A model generated the notes under the pieces. The model was given only the letters and a program-made list of their open reading frames with translations, was not told the DNA's origin and searched no databases. Below are positions 10,737 through 25,700 of a stretch of DNA of 64,000 nt, one piece after another. This DNA is from Stylophora pistillata (Eukaryota). Both the position numbers and the translations under genes were made by a program. Position 1 is the stretch's first letter. The number at the start of each line of letters is the position of its first letter. The stretch is from the NCBI RefSeq assembly GCF_002571385.2, contig NW_019218082.1, forward strand, positions 124,001 to 188,000. Direction: 5' to 3'.

Positions 10737-13700
10737 CATTATTATTCTCCATTCATATTATAACAGGTTTCTAGGAATTCTGGCTGATAGTTTCTAAAGA
10801 AACTGTTTGGGACTGTTTGGAATTCTGTCGGGTTCTATAAATCGCAGCGATTTCAGAATCACGATATGCGCGAATAAACATCAAACAGTTTTACATGAAT
10901 TTCTGGTCAATGTGCAGACGCTTATCGTTATCAGCTTAAGATGGCTAATGTCTTTAAAAATAATCCAAGTTAATGGACAAAACTTTTTTTTTTCTCTCAA
11001 TGCAGAACTTAAACGCGACCAATTCTTAAATGTACTTTAATCCTTTACTCACCTGAAAAGTCAGTTTACATATTCCCTATATTGTTCTTCGTATATTCCC
11101 TTTGTCGCTGACAAGAATTTTTTTAACAATCAGGAGCTCTTTTAGTTGGTGATCATTTCCTTCATTCTCGTGATCTTAATGTGTGATTCAGGGGGTGATA
11201 TTGTCAAGAGAAATTAGACGCTAGTAACTCTAAAGAGCCAAAACGTTAACTGCACTCAACCTGTTAATTAATCGAGGAGACTGCCCGCTCCAGTTGAAGA
11301 AGCTGCATGATATACCATCCAATCTTTATTTCATACTTCGTTCACCTTGATGGTTCTTCAGACATGACTTTGAATCTGAACTTTTAAAGAGCTGTTCATG
11401 TTGTTTTGCTATACAACGTTTGTTCACCGGCGTTGTTACATCGTAAAAAAATTGCAAAGCCCGGCATGGGGAGTGTTGGATTCAAATTCACATGAAATCC
11501 GAACACCCGTGAAAACTGGCTTAGGATAAAACCAAAAACAAAAAAGATATTTTAAGAGATTGAAATATCCCTCAAAATCTCTTTAGCTACTCATGTGTGG
11601 TTTTCGAGGCGGTAATATGAATTCTATATATGTCTATAGCTTCTTCCATGCAAGCCTGTGGTTTAACCTTTTAAGCTGTGAGGTTAACTCAACTATTCCT
11701 CTGAGGGCATGTCACACATTTTTCACGCCTGTTAAAGAGTGAACTAATTAAACGTCTTGTTAAAAATCCCTATTTTTTCAGACCTACCTACCCACGCAAA
11801 ATTTATTGGAAGAAAGGTCAACAAAAAACAGTAGTTGGTGAACTCACCACCCAGGTTAATAATCGCTCATGCTTCAGATTAGAGAAAGAGGATTATGCTA
11901 CTTGAGAGACATGTCACTAAGCTGTGGAATTAAAAAGATTTACAATGGCTGTCTCGAGACTACTCTTATCCTTGGGAGAAGATTTATGAAAAAAAAAAAA
12001 TTTTTATAATCTGGACGAGTTCGGAGACAGCACGGGGAAAAAATTCATTCAGATTTTGCTTCCTTTCCTCCAATCCTTAAATCAGCTCTGTAAAGAAAGG
12101 GAAATTTTATTATGTTCACAATGACCTCAGTTATTTTTACTTAAGTATGCAAAGCAGGCGCACAGTGGTTCAAATTTTTACTGTCTGCCTTGTTGCTTAA
12201 CCTCTTGTCTTGCGTGATTTAATCACCCACCGCATTTAGTGAGAGGAATGCTCAAGTCGTGCTTTTAACGTTTTGGCTCATAAAACGTTAAATTTATAGC
12301 ACACAGTGTTTTAACTCTAAACGATGAAAATCCTGTTGTTTTCTGCCATAAATGGAAGCTTTAGACATCCTACATCCAAACTGAAACAAAATATAATAGC
12401 ATTGTATGTAACAGAGCGTGTTATTTCGAAGATTTCACTATCACGTCAAGTTTAAAAATAACCAAAGAGCTCATTATAATCTCATACAGATTTGAACGCA
12501 GATAAACTGAAAAGCATTTTTTAAAAAGCTAATCTCTTGGATAACCTCCATTGATGTCTTATTTGGGCAAGGCAGACAAATTTAGCCCAATGCTGTTTGT
12601 TGTAAACTGCGTGAATGAGTCGCACCATTTAACTATTTTGCCTAAGCACTTCTTCTTTCTCAAAATTTTTGATCCTTTGGCTTTCAAGATCAAATTAATA
12701 GTCCTTCTTACTTAATACTATACTTTTCCCTGTATGTTAGACAGGGTATTTTGGTCTTATTCCAAAATAAACCCTTTAACTGATAACCTTGTCTTTTCTC
12801 AAACCTATTTACAAGATTAGCCTTTAGAATTGCAAAGAGAAGATACGTGTTAATCACTCGTTGGAGTTAACGGGTTAAGCAGAAATTTAGCTTAATTGAA
12901 GTATTTGTGTCAAGACATTTCACAATTTTAAAAATTGCTTGACTAAACATAACACAACCCGCCTTTCAAGCAAATGATCTGTTTAGAAATTGTCCCTTAT
13001 GGCTTCCATAAAATTCCTTCTGAATTACATAAGAGAACTTTGTGTTTGATCATATCAAGGTAACATCTCCAAGCTGATAAGCTTGTCTATTCACATTATC
13101 TGTTTTCCTCAAGACGTCGTGAAAATGTTGGAAGAGGCCACTTGTAAATCTTTTCTTTAAGTCAAAGCACGATCAAGGGCATTAAGCACGCAAGACCTGC
13201 CCGGGAAAACAAAATTTCAAACGGATCTGACAGGATTTCGAACTTCCGTTCACTTAACTTAACCTCATTGCTGTCGTATTCTCCTCAAGCGGTATATTTG
13301 ATAATTAGCAGCTTTGTAAGGTATTAGAAGTCAAAGTCCATATATAGTTTTTTTGTTAAAGTCAATGGCACCCGCCCATTTAGGAGACATAGACTGCACG
13401 CCAATTAAGTCTAAAAAGGTATTAATTTGCATCGCAACTTCTTGAAATTCTTTTTGTTGCCTGCGTCGCAACCATTTTTCGAAACGAGGGAGAAGGAATA
13501 TTCAAGTTCTTGTTTTTGTGGCTCTTCATAACCTTGTGCATCTGGTTTTTTTTTATTGACACGCGCGAGTGTTTCTTAAAACCCCTCGAGTCACGTAGAC
13601 CAAAACATGTTTTTATATATATATATTTTTTTTTCCTTGTGTGTAGGTTGTTATTACTGCAACGGTTGTCTCTTTGGGCCGAGTTCCAAGCGATTTAAGT

Positions 13701-16700
13701 TCTAAAACCGTTAATAATACTCAAAGAAGACAAGCTCTTTAACCCTTAAGCTCTTAGGAGTGCCTAACATAAAACTTTCCCTTGCAATTAATCGCAGACA
13801 AAAGTCAACAGCTGAACGCCATTATTGAAGGCCTGAGTATAAAATTTGGGCTCGTTCGTGTCGAGTCACGAATGGCCGTCGAGGTTCTAAGGCGCATGCG
13901 TGAGTGCAAGGTTTTTCACTTAAAAGCTCCAAGCACTAGTAAAGCATAAGAGAACAATGTTTGAAAGCAGTAACAATCTTCTTGCGCCTTTCAGTTTATT
14001 TTTTCGTGTCTTCGACATGCCCAATTTCTTGTGCGCTTGAATTTTCTTGCGTAAAAAGCGTTAGACTGTGCCTAAAATTATACCATTACGAGCGCCTGAG
14101 TACAACTTGATATGTTTCTTGTCTAAACATGACACCAGATTGTTTCAACTACAAGTGTGAAATGTGCAGCTGCTAGCAGGGAGAGTAACAAATCAGATCT
14201 CAATTGAGATTTCACCACAAACAAAATCACTTGATTCAAGCTGCTTTTTTAAGTGAAGTCCAAGAAAAATAGCAATTACTGATGTGAGCCATGCTTTAAT
14301 AATAAGAAAGAAAAAAAAAAAAGGTGGGGGAAGGAAGAGCAATTTTTTACCAGACCTGTGCAAAGTTTTACAACTGCCAATCTTCTGTGGAAACAAATCC
14401 ACTGTACTCAAAGCATCTTCTGAAACCCAAACCCTCCAGTATAAGCCACGTAATTTTCTCATTTCTTTTGTATATTTCTTTTCGCTCAGGGATTTGAGAT
14501 TCAACAATATATCCGTAATCAGTAATGGAGACCTGGCAGAGTTGCGACACCTCACTACACTGTGAGTATCTTCATCATTCAGTATTTCAATCATTTTAAT
14601 TTGACTTTTTTTTGTCGTTGTTGTTACAATTGCTACCCAATTTGTGGCGTACTTATTGCCCTTTTTTTTATTACTTCCGACAGATTCCTTAGTGGTAATA
14701 ACATTCAAATTATTGAGCCAGAGGCCTTTGTAGGATTAGCATCACTGAAGTATCTGTAAGTAGCCACCTTATTGATATTATGGACTTTATGAAACCACGA
14801 CGGCGACGCCAAGGAAGACTTCGATTAAAAAATGAATTTCTACTCTTGGTTAGAATTTCAAAAATGGCTGCAGGAGCTTACTGTCTCATACAGCGCCTCA
14901 GCTCAACTTCAGCATGACGTATAAAGTAGCCGTTGAGTTCCAAATGGAAATTAAAATAATTTGCCGTCGCGGTTTTGGTTCGCAGACGACGCAAATTTTG
15001 GCGATTACACGTTGTTGTTTTGCACAGGACGGATAAGAAATGTACAAAGTTCCAAAACGCACGTGCTGAGCTATTTTTTCTGCCAATTAGATGTCTTGTT
15101 TTTCCACGTCCTCGTTGCCGTCGCCGACGTGGTTTCTTAAGGTCCCTAATATCATCTAGTAATCTTGAAATAGTTCATGCATTACCATCTAACTGCAAAT
15201 AAATAAGTTAAAATGGTAAAATCTGTACCCAAGCCTATTGGCTCTTTCAGGGGCAGCTTATCCTGGTTTCCGTGTGGCATGAAGCGATTAGGATAATTAC
15301 AACTGCCCCTGGGTGGGATGTCAGTCCATCGCAAGGTTACCCCACCCCCTCCCCCCAGAATATGGTCAGGCCTTTTCTGATAATTCATCGGTACCCATTC
15401 ATACCCTTAGGCCCAAAAGTTCGTAAGCCGATGAGCCCTCACCCAAGGTTAAAATTTAATCCAGGTTTCTTTATGTCTTTATTGAAACGCCTTTTTGGGT
15501 TAATTTTGCCTTGTTATTTTTAGAGCATTCAATCATCAAATTGTAGACAAAAATAATTAATGAAGATTTCTTTCAAAGCTTTTAGATCTAAAAAAAAATC
15601 TGCAGTAACTCTAGGTTATCTTTAACCAGCTAGGAACAACCCCTCCCTCCCTCCCTCCCTGGGTGGAGAGGGGCATTGTGAGATTGAACTGTTTACCAAC
15701 ACAGCACATGACCCCGCCAGGTCTCGAACCCAAGCCCTCTCGACCCGGTGTTCAACACTCTAACCATCAGGCCGCTGTTTTTCTGTAAATATATACATGA
15801 CTGTATTGAATTATTTCTTCGCAGATATTTGTTCAATAATAAACTTAAACGGATACACGAGAATGCATTTAGTGGGCTCCGTTCTCTTGAACAATTGTAA
15901 GTAGAGCGAATAACACACTCAGAAGTATATTTGTTTAAGCTTCCAGGTTTTTCAAGGTTACAAATTACCGTACTGTAAATGAAATTATCGAGACACTGTT
16001 TCGTTGAAGGGGTCGTGTTTAGATCGTTCTTTTTCTTCCATTAGGAATTATAACATAAGCAAAGTAAAGCGCGCGCTCTGATTGGTGAATTTAGCGTCCC
16101 CCATTTGCCCATGGTGCATGCTGCTGACGTCTTAATTCACGCAAACTTGATATTTGATTCAAGGGTTATTTATTTCATTTATTTATTTACAAGATTTACC
16201 GACAGGCAGGGACACCGCAACAGCTTTGCGCCAATCACTGCGGGCCCAGTAACCCACCATCCCACCCTAGGGGAGGACATCCATCACACAGTAATCTCGT
16301 GCGTGGGAAATTAACGTCCCCAACCCCTACCCCTGCAGGAGACGGGACCTCCATTTATTCGTCCCTATCCGAGAAGACTAGAATATCTAACCGTTTCTTG
16401 ATATTATAGAAAGGCAGCATATTCTTCTCAATTATTTTAAGACCTTGAGTGTTGGTCCGGCCGGGGCTCGAACCCTGAACCTCCCGCACAACAGTCCAGC
16501 GCTCTATCCATTGAGCTAACCGGGAGGCGATTAATGATGTAACAATGTTTACCTTTCGCAGATATCTACACTTGAACGAAATAGAAGATATTCCTACATT
16601 CACTTTCAATGATCTCACCGCTCTTGAACGATTGTAAGTTCAAGCCTTGTGATTCAGTTGTATTGCATTTATTTATTGTTATTGATTGGTTCTTCTGATT

Positions 16701-19700
16701 TGGTTCTCAATAAGTTCTTTCATGTTTGACTAAAAAGAACTCATGTTACTTTTCAGATATCTTCATCATAACCGCCTGAGATCTGTTCCAAGGGGACTAT
16801 TTAAAAATCTGGAATCATTAAGAAGACTGTAAGTTGGGTTGTTTAAGTTTAATCTTTGCTGCTGAAAGGAACAGGGGTACGCTTACGTAAGTTCGTAAAA
16901 CTTATATTTATTCAAGACCAACGAAGGTTTCATGGATTTACTTTAAGTACTGCAAGTCTCTGTAAGTTGATAGTGTTAAGTTTGATATAGATCTCAACCA
17001 CGACAACTTAGATTTACCTAAGAACCACGAGAGTCTCGTGGATTTACTTTGTAATCTGCCATTCTTAGTGAGTTCATAATGTAAAGTTTGACATGGTCCT
17101 CAACCACGACGTACAATTTCTAGTTTGTCATATATTATAGAGATTAGGTCGCATTTCCATTTGTGATAGCCATTCGCGGTCTCTCTTCATTGGATCCACC
17201 GGCGGGGAAACATAAGAACAACACAGAGTAGAAAACGATGTGAATTGTCTATATTCATTTTTCAAAGGAACGCATGTTGGGCTATGTAACCTAACAGTGC
17301 GTTGAGGCCTATTTGTGAACCAGAGTAGATTAATGCTTACGAAAGGTGAATTATCGCAAAATGACCTAATCACTTCTCCCTGAATAATCTTTAGATTGGT
17401 TTATCATACTAACGGTATCCGTGACTGGTCTAGAAAACACGTGGTACAATCCTGGCCCCGGTTGTTCGAAGGATGGATAACGCTATACACTGGATAAATC
17501 TCTATCCGGTGGGTAGCGCAGTACGTTTTGGTAACACTTATCCGCTGGATAGCGATTTATCCGTTGGATAGTGATATCCGCCCTTTGAACAACCGGAGCC
17601 TGATCGATAAGATTTTGAACGAAAGCTAGTTGCTTCTTAGTCTCTCGTGTTGCCCCGTACTTTAGGCAGCTGTCGTGTGTTTCATTACTTTGAGTTTTCA
17701 TTGATCCTTTTGGAAAATTTCCTTTGTATTAATTGTCCGATGATTGTTATGACTTTGGAGTCGGTTTAACGGCATCCAATAGGATTAAGGGCAAAATCGT
17801 GTTTTTTTTTTGTTTTTTTTTTGCTCTACCAAATAGAATTTCAGATTTAAAAGCCTTTGTTGCCCGCGTAGGCACAAGCCTATCGAAAATAAATTGAATC
17901 AATTGTAAGATTGCTAGATTCTTAAGCCAGGATATGGTTGTTGTTAACCTCAGCCGACTCGACTCCAACCCTCTAAACTGTACGTGTGATATGCTGTGGC
18001 TTGCTCAGCTGCTAAAGAGGACACCAAACACGGAGACAGCAGCTACTTGTGGTGAACCACCCCACCTTAGAGGGAAAGCCTTAGTCCGCCTTACTCCTGA
18101 GGACGTCAACTGCAGTGAGTCAGTCTGGTGTACTTGTCCGTATGTGTACTAAAATTGGCTATTTTTCATTTCTTCCCCTCGGAGATCTTGGCAAAATCTT
18201 AACAATTTTTCTTTATTTTGCGCTGATAATATACCCACAGGCGTAAATGGGCTCACGGAAATGTTCTTTTTCGAAGCGCAATCTCAGGACTATTAATTTT
18301 TAAGGAAGAAGAAGCGTGGACGGGGAGGGGGGGGGGTGAGTTATTGAGTTTCTCATGAAAGACAAAAGACAGTGAGTTTCCAAGAAAAATGTTCAATAGT
18401 CTTGCTTTCAAACCGTTTCTACGCTGCTATTTCGTTGCTTCTCTCTAAACTTTCTCTTCTGCAGAATCTGACGATCTATTGTAAATATCTGGAAATGGGA
18501 ATTTAATAGAAATCTAGGATTTATTCGTGAATAGTTTTCAAGCAAACACGGGGCCAATTCTCTGCAGACAAGGGACGTAGGGAAAATTATCATGATGCCA
18601 GCAAGAATATGTCTTTGAACGTTTTAAAAATATATTTCCATAAAAAAAGGTATTTCTCCGTACAGTGGTTTCAGATATAGATAATGATCTGTTGTCTCTA
18701 TCACCAGTACCACCATCGTTTGTAAAAACACCAACCAATATAGAAGTCTCTGTGCGAGATCGTCAGGTGCTGTTCAGATGCCTTGCCACAGGCAACCCAA
18801 GACCTACCATAACATGGCGGAAAAACGGCAAGCTTCTAAAGCCAGATACGCGTCACGTGATGAGCGAGAGCGGCGCGCTAAGCATCATTGATCCTAAATT
18901 TGATGACGAAGGGAGTTATGAGTGCGTGGCAGAAAATTCTGCTGGGGAGGTCGTCAGCAAGGCGGCACTCAATTATTTTGGAGTCGAAGGTACAAAATAA
19001 TTCTCTGTGTCGGTAGAGGTAGCTATGATTTTGTGAGGATATTCGTGAAGACTATTTCACCCTCTCTCCAGCTAAAAATTGACTTTACTAGAACTCGCCC
19101 TTTTCGGTTTCCTCGGGAAAGGCAACCCTTAATTGCTTTCATAGTGTTTTCCTCTCGAAAACCATCCCTGAACCGGTGATAAATTAATTTTCTCCACGTT
19201 AAATCTGAAGGATTTGTATAATTATTCTGCAGCTGCTATCTGAGCTGACAACTTGTCGTGTTCAATCCTAGCTCCGCCATTCCTTGTCCAATATCCTCAT
19301 TCCAAGGTAGAATCTATTGAAGGAAATCCAGTGACTCTCACCTGCCGCGCTCGCGGTAATCCTAAGCCTGCTATCCAGTGGAGTAAGGAAGGAATATCGC
19401 TGGCCTATGATCCTCATTACAGAATCTTACCATCCGGGGATTTGTACATCCTGGAAGTGCGCGTCGTTGATCATGGCATGTATAGATGTCGCGCAGCCAA
19501 CAGAGTTGGGGCTGTGGCAGCGACAACCAGATTGATTGTGACAGGTAATAGGAGACATCTAAGCAAAAAAACGTCTTTCTTTCGTCTTAGCGGCGTGTTT
19601 ACCAACCAGGATCTTGAACGAGAACGGTTCATAAGTCACGTGCCGAAGGCGATTAATTGCTTTCGAGAAAGCGAAACACGAAATGCAATTGTGCGTACTT

Positions 19701-22700
19701 GTTTGTTTCGTTCGTTTTCGCTGCTGGCTGTTTAGGTGATCAGCTGGGGCAGAATGTAAGATAATTTTGAAAACAGATCCCATAAAGATGTTTATAACGC
19801 TTTTTTCCGACATTTCGCCAACTAACAATGTACTATGAGCGATGCAACACAAAGTGTTTCTCTGATTTTTTTCTACCTTTTATTTAGCTCAACCAAAATT
19901 TACAACAAGACCCGCAAATACTGAAGTATTAGAAGGAAGTACGGCTGAGCTTAATTGCCGAGTCACCGGTCACCCAGTACCAGCCATCGCCTGGACCAAA
20001 GATGGCGACCGACTGCCATCACCGCACCGACATATTGTCCTGCCATCCGGGACTTTACGAATATTGTTTGCATCACGTCGAGACCGGGGACAGTATGAAT
20101 GCCAAGCGATCAACATTATCGGAGTGAGACTGGCGAGAGCATTTCTGACAGTGAAACCTCGAGGTTAGACAAATGGCAGTAGTTACGATTACTTGGCAGA
20201 AGGCAGTAGAGCGGAGCATATCCCAGGGATATCCCAGGGAATTTCACCCCAGAAACTACTGAATTTCTTGTGACTATTGAATGGTTTATTTTGGAGACCA
20301 GGCAGAAGTTGTCAAAGTTCAAGTGCAAACAATAAGCATTCACAACGCTTGTTCTTTACTCATACACGTAATCTTAATAATGACTTTTTTATTTTTATTT
20401 TCTCTTTATATCTCATTAGTTCCTCCCTCCATTGTGGAATCCCCTACAGACATCATTGTGACCGCTGGTCGAACAGTTGAAATTCGCTGTTCGGCTTATG
20501 GCGCCCCTAAGCCCATTATAACGTGGATCAAAAACAATGTACATATCACAGAAGCGAACAGGTACTCTGTGAGCAAATCCGGGACCTTAAGCATCCGGGA
20601 TGTTGGAAAGACTGACGAAGGGCGTTACGAATGCGCAGCACGTAATAGCATTGGGGCAGCGTCTGCGCAGATGACACTAACTGTACAGAGTAAGATTTAT
20701 CCTGATTCTTACCTTCGTTCACTCGTGTATTTATCATTCCGAGGAATTTTTGAGCGACAAAATTCTACCTTCTTAACTGAAAACTGTACAAACATTACGA
20801 CAGGATATAGCTGGTTGGAATAGCGTCGGTCAGTTTCTTCAGTTTTAGTTTCTTAGCTCGCCTTTTATCCCCCACCCCCACCCTCCCTCGAAAGCAACAT
20901 GCACAATTGCACAATGCCCGTCTGTTTGTCAAAAAAAAAAAAAACAAAACAGTAAAATGTTGTGGTTCAAAAGATGTTGTATGATTGCCTAGGAAAAAAA
21001 CTTGACATATTTTTTGAGGAAAGTACCTACACTACTGGAACAGATCAAGGAGATGATAAACCTCCAATTATAAAGTAGGGGGAATACCAGGCGTGTTTCT
21101 GTCGGGGAACACTGACGACTTCGATTCTCCCCTATTTAACTTTACCCATGCAAACCCAGCTCTTTTCAATCTAACCTTTGATATCGTATGTGTCCTTCCA
21201 ATTTAATTAATTTCGTGATGACGTTTCGCCCCAAAATGGGTCTAATTCCTTTAAGGCTTGTAAGGACTGGTATGGCTCCTTCATTTAATTTCCTCCGTTT
21301 GCCTCAAACCGAACATGAATATTTTCTGAATTTGATTTTACTGTTGATGACGTAATTCCTACCCCACCCCCTCCCCCTCCCCCCACATTTTTCTATTGGA
21401 AAAAGTGGGAAGCGTGGCTGTGCTCGTTTACAGGAGAAGAAAGATTTAACATCACAAAAGCTGCCACTTCCACAATGTGCGCGCCTTACTCGCGCGTGAA
21501 AATCATACACAGTAAAGAAACGGATTGTAGGACAAGGGAGTCTTACACTATGTTAGAATAGAGTTAGAATTAACTAGGAGTCTTACCTTTCAGTTCCTTC
21601 GAATGAAAACCGCATTGGCATTGATGTTATCAACAGAACGATTGGTATAGCCAGGGAAAATGTGAATAGAGCAATAAACGCCAGCATTAAAATGCTGTTT
21701 TCCTCTTCACAACCACGGAAACCAAGCGATCTTCTGGCTTTGTTTCGCTTTCCCTCACCTGCGGCACAACAGATCGCTAAGTCCGCCGAAATCTTCGAAC
21801 GCACGATTCATCTCGTCCACGAGCACGTCAAAGAAATGGACAGGGTGAACATAAGCAATGACAAGTACAATTTCTTCCATCTGCTGTCTCCAGAACATGT
21901 CAATGTTATTGCCAACTTGTCTGGATGCAGCGCGCATCGCCGAATCAACAACTGCTCTGACATGTGCTTCCACCTCAAGTATCGCACGATCGACGGTACA
22001 TGCAACAACTTGCAGCATCCCATGTGGGGAGCCTCGCTGACACCATTTAAACGTCTACTAAGTCCCGTGTACGAAAACGGCTACAACACGCCAGTGGGTT
22101 GGCAGGATACGGAGGGTCACCCGAGCGCTCGTCTCGTGTCTACAGAGCTTGTGTCATCCAAAGAAGTGAGCGAAGATGAACTCTTCACTCACATGGTGAT
22201 GCAGTGGGGACAGTTCCTTGATCACGATATTGATTTTATTGTAACTAGTTTAAGCACGCTAAGGTTCAGCGATGGTCTTGACTGTACAAAAAATTACGGT
22301 TTTTGTGATAATCAGCCGCCATGTTTTCCTATCTCAATCCCGGCCAACGACAAGCGCATCAATAATAACGGGCATAAATGTCTGCCTTTTACTCGTTCGA
22401 GTGCAGTGTGTGGCACGGGGATGACGTCCGTGTTTTTCAGTGCTGTCACTCCACGGGAACAGATGAATCAAATCACCTCGTACATCGACGCATCGAATGT
22501 TTATGGCTCATCAGAAGAGGAGGTGATGAACTTACGAGATTTAGAAAGCAGAGGACTTCTTAAATCAAACTCTAGCATCGGCAGTGGAAAACCTTTGTTA
22601 CCCTTTAACCGTGACACTCCAATTGAATGCCTTCAATCCGAAGACAGCCCTGTCCCATGTTTCCTTGCGGGAGATTTCCGTGCAAACGAACAGCTTGGTC

Positions 22701-25700
22701 TGCTGTCGATGCACACGATATGGATGCGCGAACACAACCGCATTGCAAAGGAGCTGGGAGAGTTGAATCCCCACTGGGACGGGGATAAAGTGTACCACGA
22801 GGCACGTAAAATAGTGGGGGCCGAGATGCAACATATTTCCTACACAGAATGGCTCCCTAAGGTTCTTGGCCCTCAAGGAATGGCTCTCATGGGGACCTAC
22901 AGTGGATACGAACCTAACATTGATGCGGGGATCGTAAACGCTTTTGCAACAGCAGCCTTCAGGTTTGGTCACGGACTAATCAATCCGATTCTTTTTCGTC
23001 TCAACTCTTCCTTTCAACCAATCGAGTTAGGAAACATTCCTCTTCATAAAGCTTTTTTCTCACCCTATCGGCTGGTCACAGAGGGCGGAGTAGACCCAAT
23101 TTTGCGCGGGCTCTTTGGGAGGGCCGCCAAGAGTCGAGATGACAAGCACCAGCTTATAAATTCAGACCTCACAGAGAGGCTCTTTGAAATGGCTCACGAG
23201 GTAGCCCTCGATCTTGGTGCCCTTAACATACAGCGAGGACGGGATCATGCTTTACCAGGTTAGTGAGATGATATCTTTTGCAGACCTGCCTCACTTTACC
23301 GTCTCAAAAGGAAATGTTAATTATTGTGATAAGCAGTCTGCCGGGTAAGTGTCACATAAAACTGGTGTATGGTCTATTTAGGTTAGTGTTAAAGCATGCA
23401 ACCAAGATTAAAACAGTTTTTGCTGTCTTTATTTCATTCTTTCTTTTAATTTTTTTTTTTTGTAACTTACTAGCCTTCTCATAATTGGCTTGATAACCCA
23501 GTTTATCAATACGCTGCCCTATTTTTACTGGAATTCCATTGGTTCTTCTAAATATTTCCTCAATCTTCCCTCTCACGAACTCTTAATATGTGTAACTAAC
23601 TTCGGCGAAATTTCTCGTATAAAAAAGGCGACAAATGAACTGCTTAAAAAATCAACTTTCTTGTCTTTAATTCATCCTTCTTCGATTAATTTAAATTATG
23701 TATGCCGGTATAATTTGTAAAAAAGAATATTGTTGACCTATTTCTTGCAGGATACAATAGTTGGCGCGGTCTTTGCAACCTTTCCGTGGTAGAAACCTTT
23801 GACGATCTTAAAAACGAGATTGTGGATGACGATATTCGCGCCAAGTTGAAAGAGCTATATCAACATCCGTCAAACATCGACTTATGGGTAGGAGGACTCC
23901 TGGAGGAATTGGCACCTGGTGCCCTTGTGGGACCAACTTTTACTTGTATCATTGCTGAACAGTTTAGACGAACAAGGGCGGGAGAAAGGTAAGGAAGAAT
24001 TTGCATTTTTCTTTCGAGCGAAGTGCTCTGCGCAGACTCCTTTCGTGAATAGTAGCTTGTTATAGGGGTTATCTAAGATATCGATAAACTGACTGAATGA
24101 TTAGTGACCTAGAATAACTCAGTTTTTTTTCTTAGTGATGCAAATGACAAAAATAACAACGCATGGGTTTTGTATGATTTAACTCATTATTTCCTAATAA
24201 TGAATTATGAGAAATATGTGGAAGGTAACAAGGAAAATTGATCTTAAAGATCACGGTGGTGAAAAAATCAATCGGAAAGCGAATGGCCGAGAGAAAGCAA
24301 TGCTTAAACCTTAATTTCTCTCTCGGTTTCCGTTAGGCCGACTGAAATCTCACACTATGAAATCTAACTCACAACTGCTGCAGCCAAGACCTATTAAGTC
24401 CTTTTACTGCATGAGGAAAATCCCTTTATCTTTGCAATAAAAGGTAACTCATTATTAAACTTCACCTCTGTTACAAGGTGCTCTGTCACATTTTATCCAT
24501 TCAAAGAAATTTGCCGAAATGTTTTGAGTTCTTCAATTGGAATCCATGTAAATCCTTGCCATTTTTCAATCTTCCTCCCTACTTCCTTCTATAACACTAT
24601 CTGTTTGGAGTTTGTCCCCGTTGGCAAACGATTACTTCAGTTTTTCACGATATTCAAAGACGTCTGTTTACGACGCAGAATATTGCCACGGGCTCCCTTT
24701 CACTGGCACGGCGTAATTTAGAAAAAGACTCTGACCTTACTTCCTGAAAGTCAGAATATCTAACGTCTTTCCTCCTCCATCAGATTCTGGTATGAAAGCC
24801 CATCCACCTTTGATCATTCTCAGTTGATTCAAATCAAGCAAACCTCGTTGGCCAGCGTGTTATGTGACAACGGGGATGCTATTGACCGGGTTCAGCGGGA
24901 CGTTTTTCTCCGCGCCACCTACCCCGAGGGATATGTGTCGTGTTCCTCCATTCCCCGTATGGATCTCCGCATGTGGAAATATTGCGAGCATGGTTTGTAT
25001 CAAGTCACCTAGATAATGTAACCTCATATACGTTTTTCGCGTGGGACTGGGACTTAACATGAACTGATGTACTTCTTCTTTGAAATTGTTCCCATGGCTC
25101 TACTCTTATCACGTTGATGTTGCAATGAGTTCTTTTTACCACAATTGGCAGTAATGTAACTACCTGATTGGCCAATTTGCCGTTATTGATAAGAGTACAG
25201 AGAGCACTGCTCGCTTCAACGTGTCACGCAACGTATCACGCAATATGTCACGCAATATGTCACACAACGTGTCATACAACGTGTCACGTACTGAAAGAAT
25301 GGTTTAATTGGACGTTGATATTGCGGACAGCCTCGTGAGTCCACAACATTTTGACCACTGTAATGAAAAACATCGCTGTCGAAAAGAGTACAGACCACGC
25401 TAAACCATTGTCGATGTGTTAAATTTATTTTATTTATTTTTCAAGGTCTACTAACACAAATCACAAAATTCACAGTACTAACATTTTAAAATATCCAACA
25501 TGGCGCGCTGGCTATAACTTACATCACCTGCTTTCACGCACACAACACTGATCCTTAAAACGCTTTACGTTCTTACATACAGAAGGAGGGTAAGTGCCGG
25601 AGTGGTATTAGGACAGAGTAGTGTCCAGCAATATCGCCACCTTAGCTTTCTTAACTTGATTTGAAGACCTGCTAACTACGCATTCCAATCGATCAACAGG

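Noticed and set aside
21583-22972. Antisense and alternate-frame ORFs over the PXDN peroxidase exon (and similar ones over the CHAT gene)
   Set aside because: Shadow ORFs of a long coding exon with no recognisable motifs.
25217-25290. CRISPR-like or iteron-like array
   Set aside because: Units are directly adjacent with no unique spacers, and the context is a eukaryotic intron.
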